64,000 nucleotides of DNA from an uncultured delta proteobacterium (GCA_963796685.1 CAWCMR010000015.1:64001-128000), one strand, 5' to 3'. Positions 9,712 to 23,434 are shown, numbered from the stretch's first letter. The notes: generated by a model from the letters alone, not told the origin. A program made the numbers and translations.

Positions 9712-10968
9712 GTGGCCATGCCACGCAGGGTAGCTGTGACCGGCATCGGGCTGGTCACCCCCGTGGGGATCGGGACCGAGGAAACCTGGCGGGCGTTGCT
9801 CGGCGGCGTTTCCGGCATCGGCCCCATCACGCACTTCGACGCTGGAGAGTTCTCGACGCGATTTGCCGGCGAGGTCAAGGCGTTCAAGGCCACGCGCTGG
9901 ATCTCCGCGCGCGAAGCCCGATCGTCGATGTCCGATCTGTTCATTCAGTTCGCCATGGCCGCGGGAACCATGGCCATGGAGGATGCCGGTCTGGTGCTCG
10001 ATGGCGAGCTCGGCGAACGGACAGGTTGCTTCATCGGGTCGGGCATGGGTGGGGTCGCCACCATCGAAGCCACCCACCGGGCGCTTCTGGCCAAGGGTCC
10101 ACGCCATGGTTTTTCTCCCTTCTTCGTCACCCAAATCATCATCAACCTGGCGGCCGGACAGCTCTCCATCAAATACGGCGCCCGGGGGCCGTGCTACGGT
10201 CAGGTCTCGGCCTGTTCAAGCGGCGCCCACGCCATCGGCGATGCCTTTCGTCTGGTCCAGCGCGGTGAGGCCGATGCCATGATCTGCGGCGGCAGCGAAG
10301 CCGTGGTGACCCCACTCGGTGTCGGTGGATTCGCCGCCATGCGTGCTTTGTCCACGCGTAACGACGCGCCGGCGCAGGCATGTCGCCCCTTCGATCTCGA
10401 CCGCGACGGGTTCGTGCTGTCCGAGGGGGCGGGCATCCTGATCCTGGAAGAGCTGGAGCACGCCAAGAAGCGGGGAGCGCACATTCATGCCGTCCTGGAA
10501 GGCTACGCCGCCAACGCCGACGCCCATCACATCACCGCTCCTTCCGAGGGAGGCGAGGGCGTTCAGCGCTGCATGCGCGCCGCCATGGCGGACGCGGGGC
10601 TGAACATCGAAGACATCGACTACATCAATGCCCACGGCACCTCCACGAAGATGAACGACTCTACCGAAACCCTGGCCATCAAGAAGGTGTTCGGCGACCA
10701 CGCGCGCAAGTTGATGGTCAGCTCGACCAAGTCGATGACCGGGCACCTGCTCGGCGCCGCGGGCGGTGTCGAGGCTGCGTTCACGGCCCTGGCCGTGGGC
10801 CGAGCCCAGATCCCGCCGACCATCAATTACACGACACCCGATCCCGAGTGCGATCTCGACTACGTGCCCAACGTCGCGCGTGACGCGAAACCAGGGCATG
10901 CGCTCACCAACAGCTTCGGCTTCGGCGGCGCCAACGCGTGTTTGATCTTCGGCCGACCGGACGTGTAA
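9712..10968 (+). CDS. fabF: 3-oxoacyl-ACP synthase II
   Basis: [33 protein letters not shown]; start 9712 (GTG) or 9718 (ATG). Confidence 0.95.
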   Translation: MAMPRRVAVTGIGLVTPVGIGTEETWRALLGGVSGIGPITHFDAGEFSTRFAGEVKAFKATRWISAREARSSMSDLFIQFAMAAGTMAMEDAGLVLDGELGERTGCFIGSGMGGVATIEATHRALLAKGPRHGFSPFFVTQIIINLAAGQLSIKYGARGPCYGQVSACSSGAHAIGDAFRLVQRGEADAMICGGSEAVVTPLGVGGFAAMRALSTRNDAPAQACRPFDLDRDGFVLSEGAGILILEELEHAKKRGAHIHAVLEGYAANADAHHITAPSEGGEGVQRCMRAAMADAGLNIEDIDYINAHGTSTKMNDSTETLAIKKVFGDHARKLMVSSTKSMTGHLLGAAGGVEAAFTALAVGRAQIPPTINYTTPDPECDLDYVPNVARDAKPGHALTNSFGFGGANACLIFGRPDV

Positions 10969-11042
10969 TCGGACCTGAAGAGATCGTTCGACGGAAAGTC
11001 GTGGCCCGTCGCGAGGATTCTCGGGATACACTGTCACCGATC

Positions 11043-12755
11043 ATGGCACCTGACCTCTGCCCATACTGCGGGAAGGCGGCGCACGGCACGGAGTCGAGCT
11101 TCGACTGCCCCGGTCGATCCGACACCAAGACCGCGGCGACCGGTGCCCCGGCGCTCGACCCGCCCGGCGATACGCCGAATGCGTCGCCGGCCCGGCCATC
11201 GAGCGCTTTCGATACGTCCGCCACGTCGCTCGGCACCAAGCTTTCCGAGGGTACGAAGGTGGGCGAGTACCAGATCCTGGCCCGCATCGGCGAAGGCGGC
11301 ATGGGGACGGTCTACAGCGCGGTCCATCCCATCATCGGCAAGAAGGTCGCCATCAAGGTGCTCGCGGCCAGGCTGGCCAAGAACAAGAACGCCATCCGTC
11401 GTTTCGTGCTGGAGGCGCGCGCCGTGAACGACATCCAGCATCCAGGGCTGGTCGACATCTTCTCCTTCGGCCGGCTGACCGACGGTCGCCATTACTATGT
11501 CATGGAGTATCTCGAAGGGCGCAACCTGGGCGACGTGCTCTGCGAACGGGTGAGGATGCCCATGTCCGAAGCCATCCCCATCTTCCTCGAGGTGGGGCGC
11601 GCGCTGGTGGCGGTGCACTCGAAGGGAATCGTCCATCGGGATCTCAAGCCCGAGAACATCTTGCTTCTTGCCTCGGTACAGCCGGGCGGGCAGCGGGTCA
11701 AGCTGGTGGATTTCGGGCTGGCCAAGCTCGTCGAGGGCGTGCCCGCCCATCTCAGTGCTGGTGGCCCGCGCACCGCTGCCGGGGTCAACGTCGGCACGCC
11801 TCACTACATGTCGCCCGAGCAGTGTCGCGGCCAGAAGGTCGACGCGCGCTCGGATCTCTATGCGCTCGGCGTGCTGCTCTACGAAACCCTGACCGGTCGG
11901 CTGCCTTTCGATGGCCCCACGCCGGTGGACATCTGGCAGGCCCACGTCGAAAAGCCGCCACGTTCGCCCATGGATCTCACTCCCGGCGCGGTCAGTCCCG
12001 CCTTGAACGCGATGATCTTGCGCCTCTTGGCCAAGAAGCCCGAACATCGCATTCAGACGGCGTCGGATTTCTGCACGGCTCTCGAGAACCTTGGCGACGA
12101 CGGCCAGCCTAGTCGCGTTGGCGAAGGCGGGCTATGCCCGCCGGAGCCAGAGCGCGGGAAGGCCTGGAAACCCTCTCAGGGTTTCCATATCAAGCGTCCC
12201 ACCTCCCTTCCGTCGACGGATTCGGCGCGGCACGGCCCCTGGCAACCCTCGCCGGACCACGCGGCCCACAAGCCCGCCAACCATGATGAGCTCGCCACGA
12301 CGACGGAAGACTTGCCGGTCGTGCAACTTCCCGAGGTCGCCTTTTCCGAGGAAGACCGCAGGCAGGAGATCGAGGAGCTGCGCTCGAGCCTTGGCTTGCA
12401 CATCGAGGAGCCCGCCTCGGACAGCCAGGAGGAGGAGCAGATGAGCGCCCTCGTGATCGATCTGGGTTCGTCGCATGCGTCTCCAGCCGATTGCAAGAAC
12501 CCGCCACGGACGCACGAGCGCTCTTTGCCGTTGCTTCGGACCGGGCCGAAAGTCCGTCACGTCACCCGTCCGATCCAGGAGCGTCAATACGTCCCTCCGC
12601 TCTCGGCCCCATCGTCGCGTGGCGCAGGTCCGGCCAGAACCACGACCGATTTGGCGATCCAGCCTCCCTCGCGCGCTTGGACGATTGTTCGCGCCATCCT
12701 GGTGACAGCGCTCCTCGTCGCCGCTACGGTCGTGGCCGTGAAGTTCATCAGGTAG
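11043..12755 (+). CDS. Hanks-type Ser/Thr protein kinase with C-terminal membrane anchor
   Basis: IGEGGMGTVY, VAIK, HRDLKPEN, DFG, GTPHYMSPEQ; hydrophobic C-terminal helix. Confidence 0.92.
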   Translation: MAPDLCPYCGKAAHGTESSFDCPGRSDTKTAATGAPALDPPGDTPNASPARPSSAFDTSATSLGTKLSEGTKVGEYQILARIGEGGMGTVYSAVHPIIGKKVAIKVLAARLAKNKNAIRRFVLEARAVNDIQHPGLVDIFSFGRLTDGRHYYVMEYLEGRNLGDVLCERVRMPMSEAIPIFLEVGRALVAVHSKGIVHRDLKPENILLLASVQPGGQRVKLVDFGLAKLVEGVPAHLSAGGPRTAAGVNVGTPHYMSPEQCRGQKVDARSDLYALGVLLYETLTGRLPFDGPTPVDIWQAHVEKPPRSPMDLTPGAVSPALNAMILRLLAKKPEHRIQTASDFCTALENLGDDGQPSRVGEGGLCPPEPERGKAWKPSQGFHIKRPTSLPSTDSARHGPWQPSPDHAAHKPANHDELATTTEDLPVVQLPEVAFSEEDRRQEIEELRSSLGLHIEEPASDSQEEEQMSALVIDLGSSHASPADCKNPPRTHERSLPLLRTGPKVRHVTRPIQERQYVPPLSAPSSRGAGPARTTTDLAIQPPSRAWTIVRAILVTALLVAATVVAVKFIR

Positions 12756-14127
12756 CGTGCATGGCGGCTTCGACCGCCAGCGGCGCCTTGGGAAGAGCGG
12801 CGTTCAAATTGTCGTGTCCATCGCGGGTCACCAGGATGGTGTCCTCGATGCGAATGCCGCGCACGTCACGGAAGGCGGCCAACCGGTCGCGGCGCAAGCG
12901 GTCCTTGGCGACGCGCGTTCGCTCCGCGTCGTCCAGGATGGCCGGCACCTGGTAGAAGCCAGGCTCGACGGTGACGGCCATTCCGGGGACCAGATCGCGA
13001 TCCAAGCGAAGCGCCTTGAGTCCAGAGTCGGTCGATCGTGTGCGCCCCGGCGCGTACGTTGCGCGGTCACCCAGGTCATCCAGGTCGTGGACGTCCAGGC
13101 CGACGAGATGTCCAACCCCGTGCGGAAAGAACAACGCCACCACGCCGTCGCTGACCAGCTCGGCGGGATCCCCGCGCAGGATGCCGAGCCCGACCAGGCC
13201 TTCCGCAGTGGCACGCGCGGCGATGGCCTGCAGCTCCAGGTAGCGTCGGCCGGGCTTGATGGCGTCCACCGCGGCGGTCTGGGCGCGTAGGACGACTTCG
13301 TACAGATCGCGCTGGGTGGATGTGTAGCGCCCGCTGACCGGCCAGGTTCGGGTGACGTCGCCGGCCCAGCCCCCCGCGGTCTCCGCCCCAGCATCGACGA
13401 GAAGGAGGTCGCCGTCGGCCAGGGTAAAATGATGGTCCTCGTTGTGCAGCACTTCGCCGTGGACGGACACGATGGAATTGAACGAAGTGGTCATGTTGCG
13501 CGCCACGAGCTCGGCTTCGATGGCCGCCCTGACCGCGCTTTCGCGGATGCCGGCGCGAACGGCGCGAAGGCCGGCCGTGTGTGCCGCCACGGTGGCCTGC
13601 GCGGCCTCGCGCAGACCGGCGATTCCGGCCTGGTCGTGGACCAGGCGCAGCTCGATGAGGGCATCGGCCAGGGGCTCGTCGATGGCGGCCAACTTGCCCG
13701 GGCGGATCTCCCGACCGAGCAGGCTCGACTGTTCCACGCAGGTCTCGACGTCCGGCGAGGGCAGGGTCGCAGTCGTCCCGGGGTCGAGGGCCTCCTGCAA
13801 CTTGGCCGTGGGGAAGACAGGAACGCCCAGGATTTCGCCCAGCTCGGAGAATCCCGGCACCGGTCCCGTCCACAGCGCCGCGTCTGGCCCAGGCTCGGGA
13901 AGAAAAAGCCGCCAACCCTCGCCACTCCAAAATCCCATCGCCTTTTCCAGGTGCAGCCCGAACAAGTAAAGAAAGTGACTGGCGGCTCGAAAGGGGTGCA
14001 GGCCTCGGTGGGTGCCCCGTGGGCGTGGAGCGCCAGAGGCGACCAGGGCAGATTGGTTCCCCAGGCGGGAGGCCAAGCGATTGCGCCGCTCGGCGCAGGC
14101 TGACTTGTCGAAGAACGAAAGGTCCAT
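12748..14127 (-). CDS. pepP: Xaa-Pro aminopeptidase (M24B)
   Basis: LLVDAG, GDVTRTWP, HGVGHLVGLDVHD, TVEPGFY, GIRIED; start at ATG 14127. Confidence 0.88.
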   Translation of the reverse strand: MDLSFFDKSACAERRNRLASRLGNQSALVASGAPRPRGTHRGLHPFRAASHFLYLFGLHLEKAMGFWSGEGWRLFLPEPGPDAALWTGPVPGFSELGEILGVPVFPTAKLQEALDPGTTATLPSPDVETCVEQSSLLGREIRPGKLAAIDEPLADALIELRLVHDQAGIAGLREAAQATVAAHTAGLRAVRAGIRESAVRAAIEAELVARNMTTSFNSIVSVHGEVLHNEDHHFTLADGDLLLVDAGAETAGGWAGDVTRTWPVSGRYTSTQRDLYEVVLRAQTAAVDAIKPGRRYLELQAIAARATAEGLVGLGILRGDPAELVSDGVVALFFPHGVGHLVGLDVHDLDDLGDRATYAPGRTRSTDSGLKALRLDRDLVPGMAVTVEPGFYQVPAILDDAERTRVAKDRLRRDRLAAFRDVRGIRIEDTILVTRDGHDNLNAALPKAPLAVEAAMHAT

Positions 14128-14259
14128 GTTTCCCCAAGTATACGATGCGCGAACTGGCGAATTCGATCCGTTCGGACCATGTTCCCCCGCAGGGCGGACG
14201 AAGTTGACCAGACATCTTGATCGCTGCCGCGCGCGTGACAAGCTACTCTTCCTGGAGCC

Positions 14260-14580
14260 ATGCCGAAGCGCAACCCGCAAGACGAGCGCGAAGTCGCGAC
14301 ACTTGAGAAGGTCAAGGTCGAACAGCCGCGCCTTTACGAGGTCGTGCTTCACAACGACGACTACACCACCCAGGTTTTTGTCGTGTACGTCCTGATGAAG
14401 TTCTTCCATCACGACGCCGCCACGGCCAACGAGATCATGCTGCACGTTCATACCAAGGGAATGGGAGTCGCCGGGGTCTATCCGCGCGACATGGCGGAAA
14501 CCAAGGCAACCCAGGTCGTCGGCTTCGCGCGCAAGCACGAAATGCCGCTCGAGTGCTCGGTAAGAAGGCAATCATGCTGA
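14260..14580 (+). CDS. clpS: ATP-dependent Clp protease adaptor ClpS
   Basis: YEVVLHNDDYT...IMLHVHTKG...AETK. Confidence 0.95.
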   Translation: MPKRNPQDEREVATLEKVKVEQPRLYEVVLHNDDYTTQVFVVYVLMKFFHHDAATANEIMLHVHTKGMGVAGVYPRDMAETKATQVVGFARKHEMPLECSVRRQSC

Positions 14581-16950
14581 GTCCAGAAGCTCGAAATGGC
14601 CGTACGCAAGGCATTGGGGGACGCCACCCGGCGCGGACACGAATTTTCCGGGCTCGAGCATCTGCTGCTGGCGCTTCTCGACGACGCCAGGACGGTCGAC
14701 ACCATCAAGAAATGCGGTGGCGCCTTGCCACGCCTGCGGGCCAAGCTCGAAGACTTCCTCTCCACGTCGATACCCGCCGTTCCGGTGCCGCCCGCGCACG
14801 AGGCAGCCCGGGTGAAGCCGGAGGCGGCCGACGTGGATGGCGGCGAGCAAGAAGAAGAGACCCACCACGCCCAACCCAGCCTGGGTTTCCTGCGGGTGAT
14901 CCAGAACGCCGTGAACCACATCCTTGGCTCGGGCCGTTTCGAAGTGCAGGGGCCGCACGTGCTGGTGGCCATGTATGGCGAGCGCGACTGCCACGCGGTG
15001 CACTTCCTCAAGCAGGAGGGCATTTCGCGTCTGGATCTGCTAAGCACCATCTCGCACGGTACCTCGAAGCTTCTACCTGGGCCCACGCACGGCGCGGGCG
15101 ATTCCCCTGCCGGCATGCCGGACGAGCAAGGTGAGGAAGGGCCGGCCAAAGATCCGCTTTCCGCCTACGCCGTCAACCTGAACGAGCGGGCGCGTGCGGG
15201 CGAAATCGATCCGCTGGTCGGCCGGCACAAGGAGGTCGAGCGCGCGCTGCACGTGCTGGCCCGTCGGCGCAAGAACAACCCCTTGTTCGTCGGCGATCCC
15301 GGCGTGGGCAAGACCGCCATCGTCGAGGGCATGGCCGCGCGCATCGAGGCGGGCGAGGCGCCGGCGGCCCTGCGCGGGACGACCATCTTCTCCATCGACA
15401 TGGGCTCGCTCTTGGCCGGCACGCGCTACCGCGGCGATTTCGAGGAGCGCTTCAAAGCGGTTCTGCGCGCGGTGGAGGAAAAGGAAAACGCCGTCATCTT
15501 CGTCGACGAGCTGCACACCATCGTGGGCGCGGGCGCGGTTTCGGGGGGCAGCATGGACGCCTCGAACCTGCTCAAACCGTTGCTTTCGAGCGGGCGCATC
15601 CGCTGCATCGGCACCACCACCCACAAGGAGCTGCGCGCGCACATCGAAAAGGATCGTGCGCTCGCGCGTCGCTTCCAGCCCATCGAGGTGCCCGAGCTCA
15701 ACGTCGCCGATACGGTGAAGGTGCTCAAGGGCTTACGCCGCCACTACGAGGATTTCCACGGCGTGAAGTACAGCCCCAAAGCCCTGCGTATGGCCGCCGA
15801 GCTTGCGGATCGCTACCTGTCCGAGCGCAAGCTGCCCGACAAGGCCATCGACCTCATCGACGAAGCCGGCGCGATTTTGAAGCTGCGTGGTCGCGATCCC
15901 GAGAGCAAACCCGAGGAATCCATGCGCGTGCGGTCGCGCGATATCGAGGCCGTGGTCGCCACCATGGCGCGCATCCCGCCCAGACGCGCGGCTTCGACCG
16001 ATCGCGAACGCCTGCGCAATCTGGAAACCGAGATCAAGGCCCGCATCTTCGGCCAGGACAAGGCCGTCGAACGCGTGAGCCAGGCCATCCGCATGAACCG
16101 CGCGGGGCTGGGCCAGCCTGGCCGGCCGATTGGCTGCTTCGTTTTCGCCGGGCCGACCGGCGTGGGGAAGACCGAGCTGGCCAAACAACTGGCCGAGATT
16201 CTGGGCGTGAGCTTCCTGCGCTACGACATGTCGGAATACATGGAGCGGCACACGGTTTCGCGCCTGATCGGGGCGCCGCCCGGCTACGTCGGTTTCGATC
16301 AGGGGGGACTGCTCACGGATGCCATCCACAAGACCCCGCACGCGGTGCTGCTGCTCGACGAGATCGAGAAGGCGCACCCGGATCTGTTCAACATTCTCCT
16401 GCAGGTGATGGACCACGGGGCGCTCACCGATAACAACGGCCGCCAGTCCGACTTCCGCCACGTGGTTTTGATCATGACCAGCAACGTGGGCGCTCGCGAT
16501 TTGTCGAAGCACCTGCCCGGTTTCGGCGCGGGCGAGCGCTTCGGCGACTCCGACGAGGCCTTCAAACGCATGTTCTCGCCCGAGTTCCGCAATCGGCTCG
16601 ACGCCAAGGTCGACTTTGCGCCCCTCGGCGCCGCGGAGATGCTGCGCATCGTCGACAAGTTCATCGCCGAGCTGTCGGCACAGTTGGCCGAGCGCAAGGT
16701 GACGATCGATCTATCGCGGGCCGCGCGGGATTACCTGGCCAAGAAGGGGCACGACCCGATGAACGGCGCCCGGCCGCTGGCGCGCGTGATCCAGGAAGAG
16801 GTCAAGCGTCCGCTCACCGACGAGCTTTTGTTCGGCGCGCTGGCAAGCGGCGGCAAAGTGGGCGTGGACCTCGTCGGCGACAAGTTGATCTTCGCCTACG
16901 CCGAGTCACCTGCCAAGCTCGCGAGCCCTGAGAAGACGCCGGTGAGCTGA
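14574..16950 (+). CDS. clpA: ATP-dependent Clp protease ATP-binding subunit ClpA (one extra base near 14587)
   Basis: Two AAA+ modules (GDPGVGKT, GPTGVGKT), DMSEYMERH; removing one A gives the expected N-terminus MLSPELEMA from ATG 14574; downstream of clpS. Confidence 0.93.
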
Positions 16951-16952
16951 CG

Positions 16953-18878
<1,926 letters not shown>

Positions 18879-18983
18879 GCGGGGCGCGTGAGGGTAGCAC
18901 ACCGGGGAATCCGTCAGGTGCGTGGTGCGCGTTCGCAAGCAACCTCTGCGGACCGTCGCATGCTTGTGCTAGATATCGCCTCC

Positions 18984-20630
18984 ATGAGCATCGTCGGCAC
19001 CGACACCTGGAAGAAGCTGGCAGAGCACCACAAGGCCATCGCGCCCGCGCAGATGCGCGATCTGTTCACGAAGGATCCCAAGCGCTTCGCGACCTTCTCG
19101 CTACGCCTCGGGGACCTGCTGCTCGACTACTCGAAGAACCGCGTCACGAACGAGACCATGGAGCTCTTGCGCGCACTCGCGCGCGAAGCCGGCGTCGAGG
19201 CCATGCGTGACAAGATGTTCGCCGGCGAGCCCATCAACCTGACCGAGGGCAGGGCGGTCCTGCACACGGCCCTGCGCAACCTCTCGTCGCGGCCCATCCT
19301 CGTTGCCGGCAAAGACGTGATGCCGGACGTCCACGCGGCCCTCGACCACATGCGCGACTTCAGCGAGTCCGTGCGCAGCGGAGCGTGGAAGGGCTACACC
19401 GGCAGGCCGATTCGCGCCATCGTCAACATCGGTATCGGCGGCTCGGATCTCGGCCCGGTCATGGTGACCGAGGCTCTGCGGCCGTACTGCCGCGACGACT
19501 TGGACCTTCACTTCGTGTCCAACGTCGACGGCTCGCACATCGCCGAGGTGCTGAAACGCGTGGATCCCCAGACCACGCTCTTCCTCGTCGCCTCCAAGAC
19601 CTTCACGACCCAGGAAACCATGGCCAACGCGCACAGCGCGCGGGCGTGGTTCCTTGGACACGCCAAGGACGAGAGGCACATCGCCAAGCACTTCGTCGCC
19701 CTGTCGACCAACGCCAAGGAGGTGGCCAAGTTCGGCATCGCGACGGACAACATGTTCGTGTTTTGGGATTGGGTCGGTGGTCGCTATTCGCTGTGGTCGT
19801 CCATCGGCCTGTCCATCGCCCTCGGCGTCGGCTTCGACAACTTCCGTGCCCTCCTCGAAGGCGCGCACGAGATGGACGAGCACTTCCGGACTGCGCCGCT
19901 CGACAAGAATTTGCCCGTGACCCTGGCCCTCCTGGGCGTCTGGTACAACAACTTCTTCGGCGCCGAGACCCACGCCATCCTGCCCTACGATCAGTACCTG
20001 TTGCGCTTTCCGGCCTACTTCCAGCAGGGCGACATGGAGTCGAACGGCAAGCGCGTCACCCGCGATGGAAAGGTCATCGACTACCAGACCGGCCCGGTGA
20101 TCTGGGGCGAGCCCGGCACCAACGGCCAGCACGCCTTCTACCAGCTGCTTCACCAGGGTACGAAGCTGGTCCCCGCCGACTTCCTCGCGTCGGTCGACAC
20201 GCACAACCCCATCGGCGAGCACCACACCTTGCTGCTGGCGAACTTCCTGGCCCAGACCGAGGCGCTCATGAAGGGCAAGACCGAAGCCGAGGCGCGTGCC
20301 GACCTGGAAGCCGCGGGCATCCACGGAGCCGCCTTGGCCGCGCTGCTGCCGCACAAGGTGTTCCCGGGCAATCGCCCCACGAATTCGCTGCTCTATCAAA
20401 AGCTCGACCCGCGCACCCTGGGCAAGCTGATCGCGCTCTACGAGCACAAGATCTTCGTGCAGGGGATCATCTGGAACGTGAACTCCTTCGACCAGTGGGG
20501 CGTCGAGCTTGGCAAGAAGCTGGCCAATGCCATCCTGCCCGAGCTGCGTGCGAGCGGTGACGTTTCCTCCCACGACGCCTCGACCAACAGCCTCATCAAC
20601 GAAATCAAGCGGAGGCGCAGCAAGGCTTGA
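18984..20630 (+). CDS. pgi: Glucose-6-phosphate isomerase
   Basis: [41 protein letters not shown]. Confidence 0.97.
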   Translation: MSIVGTDTWKKLAEHHKAIAPAQMRDLFTKDPKRFATFSLRLGDLLLDYSKNRVTNETMELLRALAREAGVEAMRDKMFAGEPINLTEGRAVLHTALRNLSSRPILVAGKDVMPDVHAALDHMRDFSESVRSGAWKGYTGRPIRAIVNIGIGGSDLGPVMVTEALRPYCRDDLDLHFVSNVDGSHIAEVLKRVDPQTTLFLVASKTFTTQETMANAHSARAWFLGHAKDERHIAKHFVALSTNAKEVAKFGIATDNMFVFWDWVGGRYSLWSSIGLSIALGVGFDNFRALLEGAHEMDEHFRTAPLDKNLPVTLALLGVWYNNFFGAETHAILPYDQYLLRFPAYFQQGDMESNGKRVTRDGKVIDYQTGPVIWGEPGTNGQHAFYQLLHQGTKLVPADFLASVDTHNPIGEHHTLLLANFLAQTEALMKGKTEAEARADLEAAGIHGAALAALLPHKVFPGNRPTNSLLYQKLDPRTLGKLIALYEHKIFVQGIIWNVNSFDQWGVELGKKLANAILPELRASGDVSSHDASTNSLINEIKRRRSKA

Positions 20631-21242
20631 TCACCGACCCCATTCCCCGGGCGGCCAAGGTCCGCCGCCAGTACGAGGCGAGCGATGCCCAGACGCACCT
20701 CGTCTTGCCGCCCGCGGAGCCGCTGCAGAACCTGGCCAGGGCCCTGGCCGAGGCGCTGGCCACCGAGCAGCGGCCCAAGGTCAAGAAGGCGGGCGCCAAT
20801 CTCCTCGCGTTCCTGGCCCAGTCCTACGACGTCGCACCACCCAAGCTTTCCGTGTTGGGCGCGCGGCCGAAGACGGTCTCGGAAGGCTCGTCCTACGAGC
20901 TGTGGGGCGACTACACTTTCGCCACCCAGGCCATCCGCGTCTGGATGCGCACCGCGGTTCTGGGCAAGGTCACCAGCTTCCGCGGCTTGCTCAACACGAT
21001 CTTGCACGAGCCTCTGCCACCACCTCGACGTCGAGCACTTCGGCTGGCCCGATACTCCGCACACGCGCGGCTTTTTCTGCCGCATCGACGACCTCTACCA
21101 TCTGGCCCTGGCCACGCCCGCGGAGCAGCGCAGGCCGCTGGTATGGATCAAAGGGCGCAACACCTGGCGCATCGACTGGACCAAGCTGCGGTCGAGGCCT
21201 ACGGGTCCGTGCGGGCCTGAGCACCAAGGAACTGGACCGTAG
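20627..21242 (+). CDS. HExxH zinc-metallopeptidase-like (SprT-like) hypothetical protein; one extra base near 21011
   Basis: TTG start overlapping the pgi stop; removing one C joins ORFs 20627 and 20685 to give TILHELCHHLD...PHTRGF. Confidence 0.6.
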
Positions 21243-21270
21243 TACTCAGCCCAATTCTGGCTTTGGTGAC

Positions 21271-22257
21271 TCAGCGCGGGCGCTGCACAATGCGAAGCGG
21301 TATTCCAGTTGCTTGCGTAAGGTGCTCCCGGATTCGCTCCCAGTCGGGGCCTTCGCGCGCGAGCACCTGCAGCACGTCGAACCACTGACTTGTGGTCGGG
21401 GATTCCTTCTTCAGCTTCGGCAGGCTTAGGTCCTTTAACGCGATCAATGTCCAGAATTCGCGGAATCCCTCCTGCTTCGCCTTTTGGTGTGACTTCTCGG
21501 CCTCTCCCACCCGGTTGTGCGCATTGCTCTTGTCCCCTCCGCCCTTGATCTCTATCGCCACGTTCTTGTGAATCCTTCCGCCAGCCCCTTCTTCCTCCAC
21601 GCTGATGTCCGGATCGCTGGCCCGCGTGAGAAGGACCTTCCGTCCTGAAGCGTTCTTGACGACGATCTGGTTCTTGTTCCTCGAAACGATATGGGTCTTG
21701 ACGATCTCTACGACGGTAAGGAAGACCTCCTGCGTCGCGTGCTGGCCTATCTTGTTGTTGTTGGCGCCCTGAAACTGCTGCCCCAGTGTGAGCAATGGCA
21801 GGTCGCCGACGTCTCTCTTGGTGACGACGGGGTCGATTTGTCGAACCAACTCCGCCAAGGCTTCACACATGACAGCACAGAATTCTGGAAGGCCAGCACT
21901 TTGCCTTTCAGTCAGGGTGCCTGCAGCCTCCATAGACTTGAACTGTCCCATGCCACTCCCTGCTCCGTAGAACGTCTTCTGCGGTGACCCGAGGAGGAGC
22001 CTGTAGTAGCCGACAAGGGTCGGCTTTCTTTCAAGGACCGTAGGCGTCGGGAAGACGTGTTCATCCCGGATCCCCGCCGCGGCCAAGATGCGCACAGCAT
22101 CTGATGGTGCGTACTTGGACAGCTCCCTCTTGATCTGAGGTGCGTCCGAGTCGGCCAAAGCCTCTGCCAAAGCCTCCGCCAGCCACAACTTGCGGGCTGC
22201 GACAAGCTGATGGTGAAACCCAATCTGACGTGTGGGGTCCGGAGCTTTGATCGTCAT
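21271..22257 (-). CDS. Type II restriction endonuclease, XcyI/Cfr9I-like
   Basis: PD-(D/E)xK-type segment SDPDI...AIEIKGG followed by SNAHNRVGEAEKSHQKAK; LVGYYRLLLG; ATGA overlap with the methyltransferase. Confidence 0.8.
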   Translation of the reverse strand: MTIKAPDPTRQIGFHHQLVAARKLWLAEALAEALADSDAPQIKRELSKYAPSDAVRILAAAGIRDEHVFPTPTVLERKPTLVGYYRLLLGSPQKTFYGAGSGMGQFKSMEAAGTLTERQSAGLPEFCAVMCEALAELVRQIDPVVTKRDVGDLPLLTLGQQFQGANNNKIGQHATQEVFLTVVEIVKTHIVSRNKNQIVVKNASGRKVLLTRASDPDISVEEEGAGGRIHKNVAIEIKGGGDKSNAHNRVGEAEKSHQKAKQEGFREFWTLIALKDLSLPKLKKESPTTSQWFDVLQVLAREGPDWERIREHLTQATGIPLRIVQRPR

Positions 22258-23237
22258 TTGACTATGGCACCATTTAGACGTCGCTCTGCAATGGCAACGT
22301 ACTCGGGATTCAGTTCGACGCCAACGAACCTGCGCTGCAGGGCGAGGGCTACCAGCCCCGTGGTCCCGGCTCCAAGAAAAGGATCGAGCACGAGTGATCC
22401 GGTTCGACTTGCAAGCCTGATACACGGCTCGACCAATGCCGGTGGAAATGTAGCGAAGTGGGCTTCCGGAAATGGCCGCGTGTTGATGTCCAGGACAGAC
22501 CGAATGTTCCTGTCGTTCGGGCCACGAACAGCGGAAGAATCATAGTAGTAGCGAGCTTGTTTGCTGAACAAGAATACATACTCGTGGCTTCTCGTGGGGC
22601 GATCCTTGACACTCTCGGGTTGGCAGTTGGGCTTGTTCCAGATCAGATCTGTCCGCAAGTACCATCCTGCTGACTGAAGGGCAAAAGCCAGACGCCAAGG
22701 GACACCAATCAGGTCCTTAGGCTTCAGCCCTTCGGGCGTTGGCGGGCGGGTGTGCATCGCTCGCACAGGGTTCTTTTTGTCTGGCGCGCGCCACGTGCGC
22801 CCGCCCGAGGTGTACGAATCCCCTATATTCAGCCAGAGCGTCCCATCATCACGCAGCGTTCGGTGTACCTCATCGAAAACCGCCACCAAACTTCGCAGAT
22901 AGTCCTCTAGCGACTCTTCCAGCCCGATTTGTCCCTTGATATGGTAGTTGCGGAGGGACCAGTAGGGGGGAGAGGTGACACAGGTCTGAAAGACGTCACT
23001 AGGCATCTTGGCGAGAAGTTTCTGGCTATCTCCGATGGCAATCAAAGAACCCCCGTCAGCCGACTTGAAGTGGCGTGTCATCCGATCTAGGGAGGGATCG
23101 CAAACGACACATACGCTTGCTTCAGGGGCAGGACGTCTTATGATCTTGCTGGCGACAGTTGGCAGCGTGAGTTGGTGCACAACCTTCGTTATCGGCGGCG
23201 ACCTTCTGGAAGTTGCTGACATCTTTGACGGCATCAT
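22254..23237 (-). CDS. N4-cytosine DNA methyltransferase (beta class)
   Basis: TSPPY (motif IV) before LDPFLGAGTTG (motif I); LKPKDLIGVPWRLAFALQ; start uncertain. Confidence 0.9.
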   Translation of the reverse strand: MMPSKMSATSRRSPPITKVVHQLTLPTVASKIIRRPAPEASVCVVCDPSLDRMTRHFKSADGGSLIAIGDSQKLLAKMPSDVFQTCVTSPPYWSLRNYHIKGQIGLEESLEDYLRSLVAVFDEVHRTLRDDGTLWLNIGDSYTSGGRTWRAPDKKNPVRAMHTRPPTPEGLKPKDLIGVPWRLAFALQSAGWYLRTDLIWNKPNCQPESVKDRPTRSHEYVFLFSKQARYYYDSSAVRGPNDRNIRSVLDINTRPFPEAHFATFPPALVEPCIRLASRTGSLVLDPFLGAGTTGLVALALQRRFVGVELNPEYVAIAERRLNGAIVK

Positions 23238-23434
23238 ACTGCATCCATCCTGCTATAGAATCTCTTGGTTCAAGGCAGATCAACGATCTCGTCCAGATCC
23301 CAGACGTTGTCCAACACGCCTGCCGCTGCGGCTGGGGTCGAATGCCGGTTCGGAGCAGGTTGGCGTAGTTCAAGGCTTGGCGGTCCCGATTCGTCCAAAG
23401 CTTGAGCCGAACCTCTATCGGGCGCGCAAGCTCC

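Noticed and set aside
23309-23365. Integron attC-like site upstream of the methyltransferase (GTTGGAC on the minus strand with partial dyad symmetry)
   Set aside because: No matching RYYYAAC after the endonuclease stop, no convincing L boxes and no integrase; the 7-mer is expected by chance
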